From Spirochaetia bacterium (GTDB taxonomy: Bacteria; Spirochaetota; Spirochaetia; SZUA-6; Bin103), in contig CBDBDQ010000005.1 of assembly GCA_965203905.1 (NCBI GenBank), positions 768,001 through 832,000 on the forward strand: 64,000 nt of DNA, read 5' to 3'. How positions within the stretch are numbered: position 1 is the first letter of the stretch; each line of letters starts with the position of its first letter. Shown here piece after piece: positions 1-9,196 of the stretch. The notes under the pieces are model-generated. The model saw only the letters and a program-made list of their open reading frames with translations, had not been told where the DNA came from and made no database searches. Position numbers and translations under genes: made by a program.

Positions 1-2
1 TG

Positions 3-485
3 TCGCAGCACGTATCAAGCGCGCTGCTGGCGCCCCGGCATGCCGCCGACGTGCACGTCACCTGCCGGCTGCGCTTCGCGGACGCGGAACGCGCCGGGAT
101 CGTGCTGCGGCTACCGGCGGAACCACGTCCGGTGGGCCTGGCCGTCACGGTCGACCGCCAGGCCGGCGAGGTCAGCCTCGGCCCGGCACGCCCGGAGGGA
201 CAGTTCGGCGCGCTGGACCTGGGAACCTGCGACCGCTGCCGCTGGGACGTGGGCGATACGGTGCTACTCCGGGTGCTGGCCCGTGACCAGGTGGCCGAGG
301 TCTACCTCGACGACCGGCTTGCGCTTTCCGTGTCGCTGACGGAGGAGCCGCGGGCCGGAGCGGCCGGCTGCTTCGTGGAAGGCGGCGCCTGCACCTTCGA
401 ACAGTTCCGGCTGGCCGAGCTGGAGCCGCTGCGACCGCTGCCGGTAGCCAAGGCGACGGACACACCCCGCCGCGAGTTGGTATAA
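3..485 (+). CDS. 5'-truncated (window edge) glycoside hydrolase, probable GH32 C-terminal beta-sandwich domain
   Basis: Frame open from base 3; LLRVLARDQVAEVYLDDRLALS resembles the GH32 C-terminal L-x-I-x-V-D-x-S-x-V-E-V-F-x-N pattern; 12 nt upstream of a GH4 gene. Confidence 0.6.
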   Translation, partial: SQHVSSALLAPRHAADVHVTCRLRFADAERAGIVLRLPAEPRPVGLAVTVDRQAGEVSLGPARPEGQFGALDLGTCDRCRWDVGDTVLLRVLARDQVAEVYLDDRLALSVSLTEEPRAGAAGCFVEGGACTFEQFRLAELEPLRPLPVAKATDTPRRELV

Positions 486-497
486 GCTGGACGCCGC

Positions 498-1901
498 ATG
501 AACAGCCCGAAAGTAGTGGTGATCGGGGCCGGCAGCTACTTCTTCGCCCGTCCCGTGATCTGGAACATGGTCAACAGCCCGGTGCTGCGCGACGGCACGT
601 TGACGCTGGTGGATACGCAGCCGCGGGTGCTGGAGACGGTCATGGGTGTGGCGCGGCGCGCCGCCGAGGCGACCGGGGCCCCACTGACGGTCGAGGGCGC
701 CACCGACCGCAACGAAATACTGGCCGGCGCGGACTTCGTGGTGCTGACCTTCAGCGACCGCAACGCCTACTTCCGCGGCGTCGACAGCGACATCAGCAAC
801 CGGCACGGCATCCGCATGTGCTCCGCCGACACCATCGGGCCGGGCGGCGTGTTCCGGGCGCTGCGAGAGATCCCGATCGCGCTGGAGATCGCGGCCGACG
901 TGGAGCGGCTGGCGCCGGAGGCCTGGGTGATCAACTTCGTCAATCCCTCCACCGTGATCGGCATCGCCCTCGACCGCTACGCGCCGGAGGTACGCAGCTT
1001 CTCGATCTGCGACGGCCCGCACGAGCCGCACAACCGCGTGCGCCTGCTCAAGCGCCTCGGCATCGTGCCGCAGGACACCGTGGCGATGCCGCTGGAGGTG
1101 GAGCAGAAGCTGGAGTTCGACATCGTCGGCGTGAACCACTTCAGTTGGGTCACCCGCCTCACCTACGACGGCGTCGACTACCTGCCGCGCTGGCGCGAGC
1201 TGCTGGCGGAGGATGCGGCGGAGGAACTGGCCAGCACCGAGAGCCGGGAGGGCGGCAGCGACAACAACGCCCGTTCGAAGGCGCGCTTCAACGCCAACTA
1301 CGCGCTGCAGCTCATGGACGTGTTCGGCGCCTACCCGGACCGCATCGCCCACACCAAGGAGTACGTGCCCTTCTTCCAGGGCTACGGCGCCGCGCCGGTC
1401 ACCCCGGAGCCGCTGGCCGTGTTCGACGCCGGCACCCGGCAGCAGCAGATGGACGCCTGGTGGCGGGAGAACGAGGAGTACGCCGCCGGTGAGCGCCCGA
1501 TCGCCGAGTTCCTCGCCGGCGGCAAGCCGGACCACGCCACCGACATCATCGAGTCGATGTGGGGCGACCTCGGCAAGCGCTTCTACCTCAACACGCGCAA
1601 CCGCGGCGCCGTGCCCAACATGGCCGACGACGCGATCCTGGAGCTGCGCTGCGACGTCGACATGGGCGGCGTCAATCCGCGTCCCTGCGGCACGATCCCG
1701 CCCGGCATCCACGGCATGACCCAATTGATCCTCGACACCCACGAGTTGACCGCGCAGGCGGCGGCGAGCTACGACCGCGGGGTGCTGCTGCGCGCGCTGT
1801 GCACCGATCCCATCGTCAACAACCTGGAGGACGCCAAGGCGGTGATGGCCGACCTGCTGGAGGCACAGCGCGACGTGCTGCGGCCACAGTGGTACCGATA
1901 G
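498..1901 (+). CDS. Family 4 glycoside hydrolase (NAD+/Mn2+-dependent, alpha-galactosidase-like)
   Basis: KVVVIGAGS Rossmann motif, ADTIGPGGVFRALR, INFVNP, SICDG, GVNHFSW, N-x-G-x-V-x-N-M-x-D-D-A-I-L-E. Confidence 0.92.
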   Translation: MNSPKVVVIGAGSYFFARPVIWNMVNSPVLRDGTLTLVDTQPRVLETVMGVARRAAEATGAPLTVEGATDRNEILAGADFVVLTFSDRNAYFRGVDSDISNRHGIRMCSADTIGPGGVFRALREIPIALEIAADVERLAPEAWVINFVNPSTVIGIALDRYAPEVRSFSICDGPHEPHNRVRLLKRLGIVPQDTVAMPLEVEQKLEFDIVGVNHFSWVTRLTYDGVDYLPRWRELLAEDAAEELASTESREGGSDNNARSKARFNANYALQLMDVFGAYPDRIAHTKEYVPFFQGYGAAPVTPEPLAVFDAGTRQQQMDAWWRENEEYAAGERPIAEFLAGGKPDHATDIIESMWGDLGKRFYLNTRNRGAVPNMADDAILELRCDVDMGGVNPRPCGTIPPGIHGMTQLILDTHELTAQAAASYDRGVLLRALCTDPIVNNLEDAKAVMADLLEAQRDVLRPQWYR

Positions 1902-1918
1902 ATAGAGGAGTTGGACGG

Positions 1919-2776
1919 ATGAGCGTGTCGACGGCAGATCCGACAGCGCTGCGTACGCGGTTGATCGAGGACGGCTACTGTCATGTGCCCGGGGTGGTTC
2001 CCGGCGACCTGGTCGAGCGGATGCGCACGATTGCCGACGCCGCGGCGGACGGCCTCTCGGCGGAGGAACGGGAGCGCTACCCCTTCGCCGGCTCGATGAT
2101 CCAGGTAAACCGGCACGAGGGGATGCTGCCGCTGATCGCGCTGCCGGCGGCGCGCGCGGTGCTGGCCGGCATGGGCTACCCGGGAGCCAGGTTCTACAGC
2201 GGCTTCATCATCAGCAAGCCGCCGCAGGTGGCGCCGCCGCTGTACTGGCACCAGGATGGAATCCTCTGGGACGAACCGATCAGCTACACCGACCAGCCGG
2301 TGCAGGTGTTCCTGATGTACTACCTGGTCGACACCAGCCGCGACAACGGCTGCCTGCGCGTCATCCCCGGTTCCCATCGCCGGCGCCACCGGTTGCACGC
2401 CCTGCCACACGCCCACGGCGAGGAAATCAACCGCGCCGGGCCGCGCCATCCGTCGCTGCAGAACGACCCGGACGAGGTGGACGTGCCGGTACGCGCCGGC
2501 GACCTGGTGATCGGCGACGCGCGCCTGCTGCACTCGGCGCACCCGAACCGCTCGCCGCGGCGGCGCACCGTCATCACCCTGTGGTTCCTGCCCACCTTCC
2601 CCGACCTCCCGGAGCACCTGAGGGCGTTCTACGGCAAGAGCAATGCCGATCTCAGCGCGGCGTCCGTGGGCTGGAGCGAGTCTGGCTGGAACGAGCTGTG
2701 CGAGGTGCTGGCCCGCTACGACGGCCCGCTGGAGCCTCCCGAGCCGAGCCGGGCTCCCGACCAGCGTCTGACCTGA
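1919..2776 (+). CDS. Phytanoyl-CoA dioxygenase (PhyH) family Fe(II)/2OG oxygenase
   Basis: EDGYC, WHQD, NGCLRVIPGSH, LLHSA, R-R-T-V; AGAGGAG upstream of ATG 1919 (ORF-track start 1559 is spurious). Confidence 0.9.
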   Translation: MSVSTADPTALRTRLIEDGYCHVPGVVPGDLVERMRTIADAAADGLSAEERERYPFAGSMIQVNRHEGMLPLIALPAARAVLAGMGYPGARFYSGFIISKPPQVAPPLYWHQDGILWDEPISYTDQPVQVFLMYYLVDTSRDNGCLRVIPGSHRRRHRLHALPHAHGEEINRAGPRHPSLQNDPDEVDVPVRAGDLVIGDARLLHSAHPNRSPRRRTVITLWFLPTFPDLPEHLRAFYGKSNADLSAASVGWSESGWNELCEVLARYDGPLEPPEPSRAPDQRLT

Positions 2777-2788
2777 GCCACCGGTCCC

Positions 2789-3376
2789 ATGGGCGAGAGC
2801 AGTCACTTCTTCGCCTACCTGTCGCGGATGAAGTTCATCCACCGGTGGGGCCTGATGCGCAACACGCAGGTCGAGAACATCCAGGAGCACAGCCTGCAGG
2901 TGGCGCTGATCGCGCATGCGCTGGCACTCATTCGCAACCGCCTGTTCGACGGCGATCTCGATCCCGAACGGGTGCTGGTCCTGGCGGTGTTTCACGAGGT
3001 GAGCGAGGTGATCACCGGCGACTTGCCGACCCCTCTCAAGTACTTCAATCCGGAGATCAGCCGCGCCTACTCCGAGATCGAGCAGGTCGCCCGGCGCAAG
3101 CTGTGGGACATGATTCCGGCGGAACTGAAAGCCGACTATCGTACCGTGCTGTTCCAGGAGGAGGCCGAAACCGAAAGCTGGAAAGTAGTGAAAGCCGCGG
3201 ACAAGATCAGCGCCTATGCCAAGTGTCTGGAAGAGCTCAAGGCCGGCAACCAGGAATTCGCCAAGGCCAAGGACAGCATCGAACGCGAAATCGCCGGAAT
3301 GGAGTTGCCCGAGGTCAACTACTTCATGCGCAAGTTCGTGCGCAGCTTCTCCCTGGCCCTGGACGAGCTGAACTGA
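2789..3376 (+). CDS. yfbR: 5'-deoxynucleotidase, HD domain
   Basis: SHFFAYLSRMKFIHRWGLMRN..ENIQEHS..FHEVSEVITGDLPTPLKY..KAADKISAYAKCLEE, characteristic of YfbR. Confidence 0.92.
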   Translation: MGESSHFFAYLSRMKFIHRWGLMRNTQVENIQEHSLQVALIAHALALIRNRLFDGDLDPERVLVLAVFHEVSEVITGDLPTPLKYFNPEISRAYSEIEQVARRKLWDMIPAELKADYRTVLFQEEAETESWKVVKAADKISAYAKCLEELKAGNQEFAKAKDSIEREIAGMELPEVNYFMRKFVRSFSLALDELN

Positions 3377-3482
3377 CCGGCCCGGCGCGCCTCCTGGGCA
3401 CTAGGGCCACCGCACGGGAGTCGGCTCGTCCTGAGCCTCTCCACTTGGCTTGCGCCACGGTCACGGGGCGGGGGATTGCCGG

Positions 3483-3511
3483 TTGCCGGCCAGACGATCT
3501 GTGCCTATACT
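3483..3511 (+). promoter_or_regulatory. Sigma70-type promoter of the ABC operon
   Basis: TTGCCG-N17-TATACT, 39 nt upstream of ATG 3551; GGAGAGG RBS-like sequence before the start. Confidence 0.6.
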
Positions 3512-3550
3512 GGCGGCTCGCCAAATGAGGCATTCGAAGGAGAGGACAGA

Positions 3551-5509
3551 ATGAAGCAGTTGGGCAGCGTGTTTCTCGCGGTCTGGATCGCGGGAACACT
3601 ATTTGCTACCGGCCAGACCGACGAGCCTGACACGACGGCGTCGGTGTCCGCCGCCAATGAGTCCCCGGTTCTGGCAGCGATGGTGAACGCCGGCGATCTG
3701 CCGCCACTGAGCGATCGCTTGCCAAGCGATCCGTTCGTCGCCACGGTCAGCGAGTCGATCGGCACCTACGGCGGCACCCTGAGGCTGGTTTCGAATGAAG
3801 CGGGCAAGCTCGGCGATGGCCGCAACGGGGTCACCGTGGCAAGTCTGGTGAAGGCCGACGTCGACACCGTTACCGTGATTCCGCATCTCGCCAAGGAGTT
3901 CTTCTGGGAGTCCAGCCAGACCCTGGTGTTCGGGCTCCGCGAGGGCACCAAGTGGTCGGACGGCACTCCGCTTACCACCGCCGCCGTGCGGTTCTGGTGG
4001 GAGGATTACTCACTCAACCAGGAGTTGCGCCCCTCCGGCCTCCCGCACGGCGATTTCGTAACGCCGGGAGGCGTCGCCAACGTGGTGATCGTGGACGACT
4101 ACACCTTCAAGATCGAGTTCCAGGATCCCAACCCGCTCTATATCGAAACCGCCACCAAGCGAAGCGAGTATCAACACGGCTTCCCGTTGCTGCCGGCGCA
4201 CTATCTGAGCCGCTTCCACAAGGATCACGCAGATGCCGGCGAGCTCGCCAAAATGGTAGCCGAAGCCGGGTTCGAAGACTGGACTCAGTTGTTCGATTCC
4301 AAGTTGGAATCGTATTGGGATACCCGCTCGGAGGACAATCTTGGTGCACCGAGCCTGCACTCTTACGTGCTGTCGGAAATCGGGCCCAACTACTTCAAGC
4401 TGGACCGGAATCCGTACTACTGGAAAGTGGACTCGAACGGCAATCAGCTTCCTTACATCGACGACATCCACATCCAGGTGGTCGGCAGAGAGCTGTATCA
4501 CGGCAAGGTCGCGGCCGGCGAGGCCGACTTCGCCGCCCGACGCACCGATCTGAAGGAGCTCGCCCTCTACAAGAGCGGCGAAGACAGCGGCGACTATCGC
4601 GTACTGCTGTGGAACGCGGTGGGCGACGGCGACTACATGGTGCTGCTCAATTTCAACGCGCCCACGCCCGCTAATCAGGAGTTGATTCAGAACCTCAAGT
4701 TCCGTCAGGCGCTGTCGATCGCCATCGACCGTGAAGACTTCAACAACGTGATCAACACCGGACTTGCCATCCCGCAGCAGATGACGCTGCTGCCAACCTC
4801 GCGCTTCTACAAGGAGGAGTACGCGCAGAGTTGGGCACAGCATGACGTAGACCGGGCGAATCAGATGCTGGACGAGCTGGGACTGGAGTGGGATGCGGAC
4901 GGCGAATTCAGAATCGGGCCGGACGGCAAGAAGATCTCCTTTCTACTCGAGGAAGGCGGCGAACGACCGATCGAAGCGGCTGAGCTGCTCGCCGAGTACT
5001 GGAAGGCGGTCGGAATCGACATGGACATCAAGCTGATCGACCGCGAGCTGTTCCACCTGCACATGGAGCAGAACGAAGGTCTGGACGTGCACATCACCAA
5101 GTACGGCATGATGGACGGCGCCTTCATCGCCCGCCCCGACATGTTTCTGCCGGTCGAGGTGGGCGGCACCGATACCTGGGCCACGCTGTGGGCGCGCTGG
5201 CGCGAAAACACCTACGAAGGGCAGAACCACGAAGTGTTCGAGAAGCCGCCCGACGACGTGATCGAGCTCATCGACACCTGGGAGAAGCTGAAGTACGAGG
5301 TCGACGAAGACGAGGTAAGGCGGTTGGCGGATATCCTGCTCAAGTCACAGGCCGAAAACCTGTGGACTATCGGGATTACCACCGGCGGCGTGAAGCCGAT
5401 TGTCGCCAGCAACCGGCTCGGCAACGTACTGCAGAACGGTACCTATACGTATGACTTTCTGCAGTATGCACAGTACGCCAACGCCGATACCTGGTTTATC
5501 CGCAACTAA
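3551..5509 (+). CDS. ABC transporter substrate-binding protein, family 5
   Basis: Signal peptide; ESPVLAAMVNAGDLPPLSDRLP; LREGTKWSDGTPLT; RNPYYWKVD..GNQLPYID; FRQALSIAIDR. Confidence 0.93.
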   Translation: MKQLGSVFLAVWIAGTLFATGQTDEPDTTASVSAANESPVLAAMVNAGDLPPLSDRLPSDPFVATVSESIGTYGGTLRLVSNEAGKLGDGRNGVTVASLVKADVDTVTVIPHLAKEFFWESSQTLVFGLREGTKWSDGTPLTTAAVRFWWEDYSLNQELRPSGLPHGDFVTPGGVANVVIVDDYTFKIEFQDPNPLYIETATKRSEYQHGFPLLPAHYLSRFHKDHADAGELAKMVAEAGFEDWTQLFDSKLESYWDTRSEDNLGAPSLHSYVLSEIGPNYFKLDRNPYYWKVDSNGNQLPYIDDIHIQVVGRELYHGKVAAGEADFAARRTDLKELALYKSGEDSGDYRVLLWNAVGDGDYMVLLNFNAPTPANQELIQNLKFRQALSIAIDREDFNNVINTGLAIPQQMTLLPTSRFYKEEYAQSWAQHDVDRANQMLDELGLEWDADGEFRIGPDGKKISFLLEEGGERPIEAAELLAEYWKAVGIDMDIKLIDRELFHLHMEQNEGLDVHITKYGMMDGAFIARPDMFLPVEVGGTDTWATLWARWRENTYEGQNHEVFEKPPDDVIELIDTWEKLKYEVDEDEVRRLADILLKSQAENLWTIGITTGGVKPIVASNRLGNVLQNGTYTYDFLQYAQYANADTWFIRN

Positions 5510-5536
5510 GCCGGACCCAGGTGGTTCATTGAGTGC

Positions 5537-5573
5537 AAGGAAGCCCGTCGCAGAGTGCGGCGGGCTTCCTTTT
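5537..5573 (+). terminator. Stem-loop with U-tract between SBP and permease (partial terminator or mRNA stabiliser)
   Basis: AAGGAAGCCCG...CGGGCTTCCTT followed by TT. Confidence 0.7.
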
Positions 5574-5583
5574 GGTTAGGCCA

Positions 5584-6570
5584 ATGACGAAATACATCGC
5601 GCGGCGGTTCGCCTACATGCTGGTGTTGCTGCTGTTGGTCAGCTTCGTGGCGTTCTTCCTGGTGCAGCTCCCGCCCGGCGACTACGTCACGACCTACATC
5701 AACGACAAGATCAACGATGGACAGCGGGTATCCGCCGCCGAAGTCGAAGCGCTGCGGGCGCTGTGGGGGCTCGACCGATCGTTCATGTTCCAGTACTGGA
5801 AGTGGATCGGCAACCTGGCACAGGGCGAGCTCGGCAGGTCGTTCGGCTATGGCCAGCAGGTGATCGACCTGCTCGAGGACCGGCTCGGGCTTACCGCGAT
5901 GGTGTCGATGGCGACGCTCATCATGACCTACCTGATCGCATTGCCGATCGGCATCTACTCGGCTACCCGCCAGTACTCGTGGGGCGACTACACCGCCTCG
6001 GTCGCCGGGTTCATCGGTATGGCTACGCCGAATTTCATCCTCGCATTGATCCTGATGCTGTTGTTCCATCGGCTGTTCGGACTGAGCGTCGGCGGTCTGC
6101 TGTCGCAGGAGTTTCAGGGCGAGCCGTGGAGCGTGGCCAAGCTGTGGGACCTGCTCAAGCATCTGCCGATACCGATTCTGGTCATCGGCACCGCCGGGAC
6201 CGCAGTCGTGGTCCGTACCTTGCGCGCTACGCTGCTGGACGAGTTGCGCAAACAGTACGTCATTACCGCCCGTTCGAAAGGGGTCGAGGAACGCAGGCTG
6301 GTGATGAAGTACCCGGTGCGAATCGCCATCAACCCAATGATCAGCAGCATGTCCGGAATCCTGGTCGGGATCGTGTCCGGTTCGACCATCACCGCGACAG
6401 TGCTGAATCTGCCCACCGTAGGGCCGCTCCTGCTCGACTCCCTGTTGAAGCAGGACGTCTATCTGTCGGGAGCGATCATCATGTTTCAGGGCCTCATGGT
6501 GCTGCTCGGCACCTTTCTCTCGGACATGCTGTTGATTGCGGTGGACCCGCGCATCAAGTTCGAGGACTAG
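5584..6570 (+). CDS. ABC transporter permease (OppB/DppB-type)
   Basis: YIARR, QLPPGD, EAA-like LDELRKQYVITARSKG, C-terminal DPRI. Confidence 0.93.
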   Translation: MTKYIARRFAYMLVLLLLVSFVAFFLVQLPPGDYVTTYINDKINDGQRVSAAEVEALRALWGLDRSFMFQYWKWIGNLAQGELGRSFGYGQQVIDLLEDRLGLTAMVSMATLIMTYLIALPIGIYSATRQYSWGDYTASVAGFIGMATPNFILALILMLLFHRLFGLSVGGLLSQEFQGEPWSVAKLWDLLKHLPIPILVIGTAGTAVVVRTLRATLLDELRKQYVITARSKGVEERRLVMKYPVRIAINPMISSMSGILVGIVSGSTITATVLNLPTVGPLLLDSLLKQDVYLSGAIIMFQGLMVLLGTFLSDMLLIAVDPRIKFED

Positions 6571-6655
6571 TACGCAATGCCACTACGTGACGCCAGAGAC
6601 CATGAAAACGGTCGCACCTGTTTCGTCTGCTGGACATGGTTTTCGGACTAGGCAG

Positions 6656-7783
6656 ATGACAACGGCCAGGGACCCGGAGCAACTCGCCGAAGCTTACTAT
6701 ACGGCCACGCAGTGGGAACTGATGTGGAGCAAGTTCCTGAAGCACAAGCTGGCCCGGTTCAGCGGCGTGTTGCTCCTCATCCTGTACACCGGCGGCATCT
6801 TCTGCGAGTTCATCGCGCCCTATCACACGCTGACCAGACGCGACAAGCTGTACATGGCGCCGCAACCCGTGCGCTTTCAGGACGCTTCCGGTTGGCGTCC
6901 GTTCAGACCTTTCGTGTACGGATCGGAGACCGTGCTCGATCCGGACACCTTCACCTGGCGGCATCGGGAGGACACCAGCCGGCAGTACCCGGTCCGGCTC
7001 TGGGTGCACGCCGACGAGTACAAGTTCTGGGGGCTGTTCAAGACCGACGTGCATCTGTTCGGGGTCGACCTGCGAGGTACCGACGGGCTTGGCACGCTGC
7101 ACCTCCTCGGCACCGACAAGTTGGGCCGGGATCTGCTGTCCCGGATCATCTACGGCTCGCGGATTTCCCTCTCAATCGGGCTGATCGGCGTGTTGCTCAG
7201 CTTTCTGCTCGGCCTGTTGCTGGGCGGAATCGCCGGCTTCTTCGGCGGCCGGGTCGACATGGTGGTGTCGCGTATCATCGAATTCCTGCAGTCGCTGCCC
7301 ACCATTCCGCTGTGGATGGCGCTGGCCGCCGCGTTGCCGCCACGCTGGTCGCCGATCGCCGTCTATGCCGGGATAACCGTGATCCTGTCGATCGTGGGAT
7401 GGACCGGCTTGGCACGCGTGGTGCGTGGCAAGTTCCTGGAACTGCGTGAGCAGGATTACGTGCTGGCCGCGAAGACCTCGGGAGCGAGCACCATGACGAT
7501 CATTCGCCGCCACTTGATGCCCTCGTTTCTCAGCTACCTGATCGTCAACCTCACGCTTTCGATTCCCTCCATGATTCTGGGCGAGACCAGCCTGAGTTAT
7601 CTGGGCCTCGGACTGCGCGCGCCGATCGTGAGCTGGGGAGTGCTTCTGGAGCAGGCGCAGAACTTCAGCGTGGTGGCGCTCTATCCGTGGCTGATGATCC
7701 CGGCCGCGTTCGTGATCGTGGCCGTGTTGGCGTTCAATTTCCTCGGCGACGGTCTGCGCGACGCCGCCGACCCCTACAAGTAG
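6656..7783 (+). CDS. ABC transporter permease (OppC/DppC-type)
   Basis: LLGTDKLGRDLLSR, LREQDYVLAAK, AFNFLGDGLRDAADP; alternative start ATG 6602. Confidence 0.92.
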   Translation: MTTARDPEQLAEAYYTATQWELMWSKFLKHKLARFSGVLLLILYTGGIFCEFIAPYHTLTRRDKLYMAPQPVRFQDASGWRPFRPFVYGSETVLDPDTFTWRHREDTSRQYPVRLWVHADEYKFWGLFKTDVHLFGVDLRGTDGLGTLHLLGTDKLGRDLLSRIIYGSRISLSIGLIGVLLSFLLGLLLGGIAGFFGGRVDMVVSRIIEFLQSLPTIPLWMALAAALPPRWSPIAVYAGITVILSIVGWTGLARVVRGKFLELREQDYVLAAKTSGASTMTIIRRHLMPSFLSYLIVNLTLSIPSMILGETSLSYLGLGLRAPIVSWGVLLEQAQNFSVVALYPWLMIPAAFVIVAVLAFNFLGDGLRDAADPYK

Positions 7784-7792
7784 CGGGAAGGG

Positions 7793-9196
7793 CTATTCGC
7801 GATCGCAGAAGATCGGGTTTGTCAGCGCCAGCATGGCGCCATCGCGGGCGCGCAGCTCCACGACGTACCAGCGCGCCGCCGCGTTGCCGGGAACGGACCA
7901 CTTGCGCCGGCCGGTGGCGGCGACCGGGAACGTTTCCCGCGGCCTGCCGTCGGCAATGAGGCGCAGCCTGGCGGCTTCCGGTACGCCGTCCCAGGCCGCC
8001 ACGAGGGTGGCTTCCGCCGAGCGCTCGGCGATGGCCAGGGAGTCGCCCATCATGGCCTGCCGTCCCGCCTCGCGGCGCGCCGTAAGGCTGAGCTTCGGAC
8101 CCGCGCTGAGGTAGAGGCAGCCCGCTGCCACGGCACGCAGGATGGCGGCCTCGGAGAGCTGGTCGGCGTACACCGTGCCGAACCCGGTGCCGGGGCTCTG
8201 ATATTGCCGGCCCGGACCGTGCACGTCGGTCCCGGCGGTAGCGACCACTCGGTGGCCGTCGTTGAGCCACCCGTACCACAATTGCAGCGCCGCTTCGTTC
8301 CGGTCGCGTTCCCGGTCGCCGCCGAACCACTCGCCGTTCCACACCTCCACCAGCCTCGCTGTCCCCGGCATCATTGCAGGATAGCACCAGCGGCAGCCGG
8401 TGCAGTGCGGATCGCCCTGCGTTCGGGGGTGGGCGATCACGTACAGTTCGCCGGCGGCGCCGATCCGCCGGGCCAGGGCCGCCATCTCCGGCCCCCTCCG
8501 TGTCACCCGCCAGTCATGCCACGCGTGGCCGCCCAGGCACAGGGCATGCCCCCAGAAGGTGGTGAGTTCCTGGCCACCCATGGTCAGCAGGCCGTCGCCC
8601 GAGTGCCGGGCCATCGCCGGCAGGCCGCTGGTGGTGTTGTGATCGGTCAGGGTGACGAAATCGAGCCCCCTGCTGCGCGCGGCGGCCACCAGCTCGGCCA
8701 CTTCCCAGGCACCGTCGGAATGCACGGTATGAGCATGCAGATCCCCCCGGTACCACCCCGCCCGGCGGTCGATGATCCGCTCGAACCGGGGCGCCGGCGG
8801 CATCGCAGCCGCGGATGGCGGCGCAACGTCGTGGTCGAACACTACCGCGAGCTCGTAGCGGCACGTTGCCCCCGGCATGACCATGTGGGTGTCCAGTTGC
8901 ACGACCCACTGACCGGCCGGCAGGGGCCCCGGCAAGAAGCCCGGCGTCGCCGCATCGCGGCTCATCTCGACGACGTGCCGATTGCCATGCCGGTGACCGG
9001 CACCGCGAAATCCGGCCGGGTCGAACAGGGTGAGACAGATCATGTTGCGATGGCCGGCTACCACCGCGGGGTCGAAACGGAGTTCGACCCTGACCCGGCT
9101 GGCAGGCGCCGGGACCTGGACCACGTGCGGGAGGTGGCGTTTTACGTCCGCCTCGGTCAGGAGGCCGCGAAAGCGTTCTTCAGTTGGGTCCCGCAT
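7793..9196 (-). CDS. CehA/McbA-family PHP-domain metallohydrolase
   Basis: WYRGDLHAHTVHSDG, GLDFVTLTDHN, GQELTT..GHA, IAHP, VEVWNG, AGTDVH, C-terminal ALTNPI; ATG 9196 overlaps the end of the upstream PhyH gene. Confidence 0.85.
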   Translation of the reverse strand: MRDPTEERFRGLLTEADVKRHLPHVVQVPAPASRVRVELRFDPAVVAGHRNMICLTLFDPAGFRGAGHRHGNRHVVEMSRDAATPGFLPGPLPAGQWVVQLDTHMVMPGATCRYELAVVFDHDVAPPSAAAMPPAPRFERIIDRRAGWYRGDLHAHTVHSDGAWEVAELVAAARSRGLDFVTLTDHNTTSGLPAMARHSGDGLLTMGGQELTTFWGHALCLGGHAWHDWRVTRRGPEMAALARRIGAAGELYVIAHPRTQGDPHCTGCRWCYPAMMPGTARLVEVWNGEWFGGDRERDRNEAALQLWYGWLNDGHRVVATAGTDVHGPGRQYQSPGTGFGTVYADQLSEAAILRAVAAGCLYLSAGPKLSLTARREAGRQAMMGDSLAIAERSAEATLVAAWDGVPEAARLRLIADGRPRETFPVAATGRRKWSVPGNAAARWYVVELRARDGAMLALTNPIFCDRE

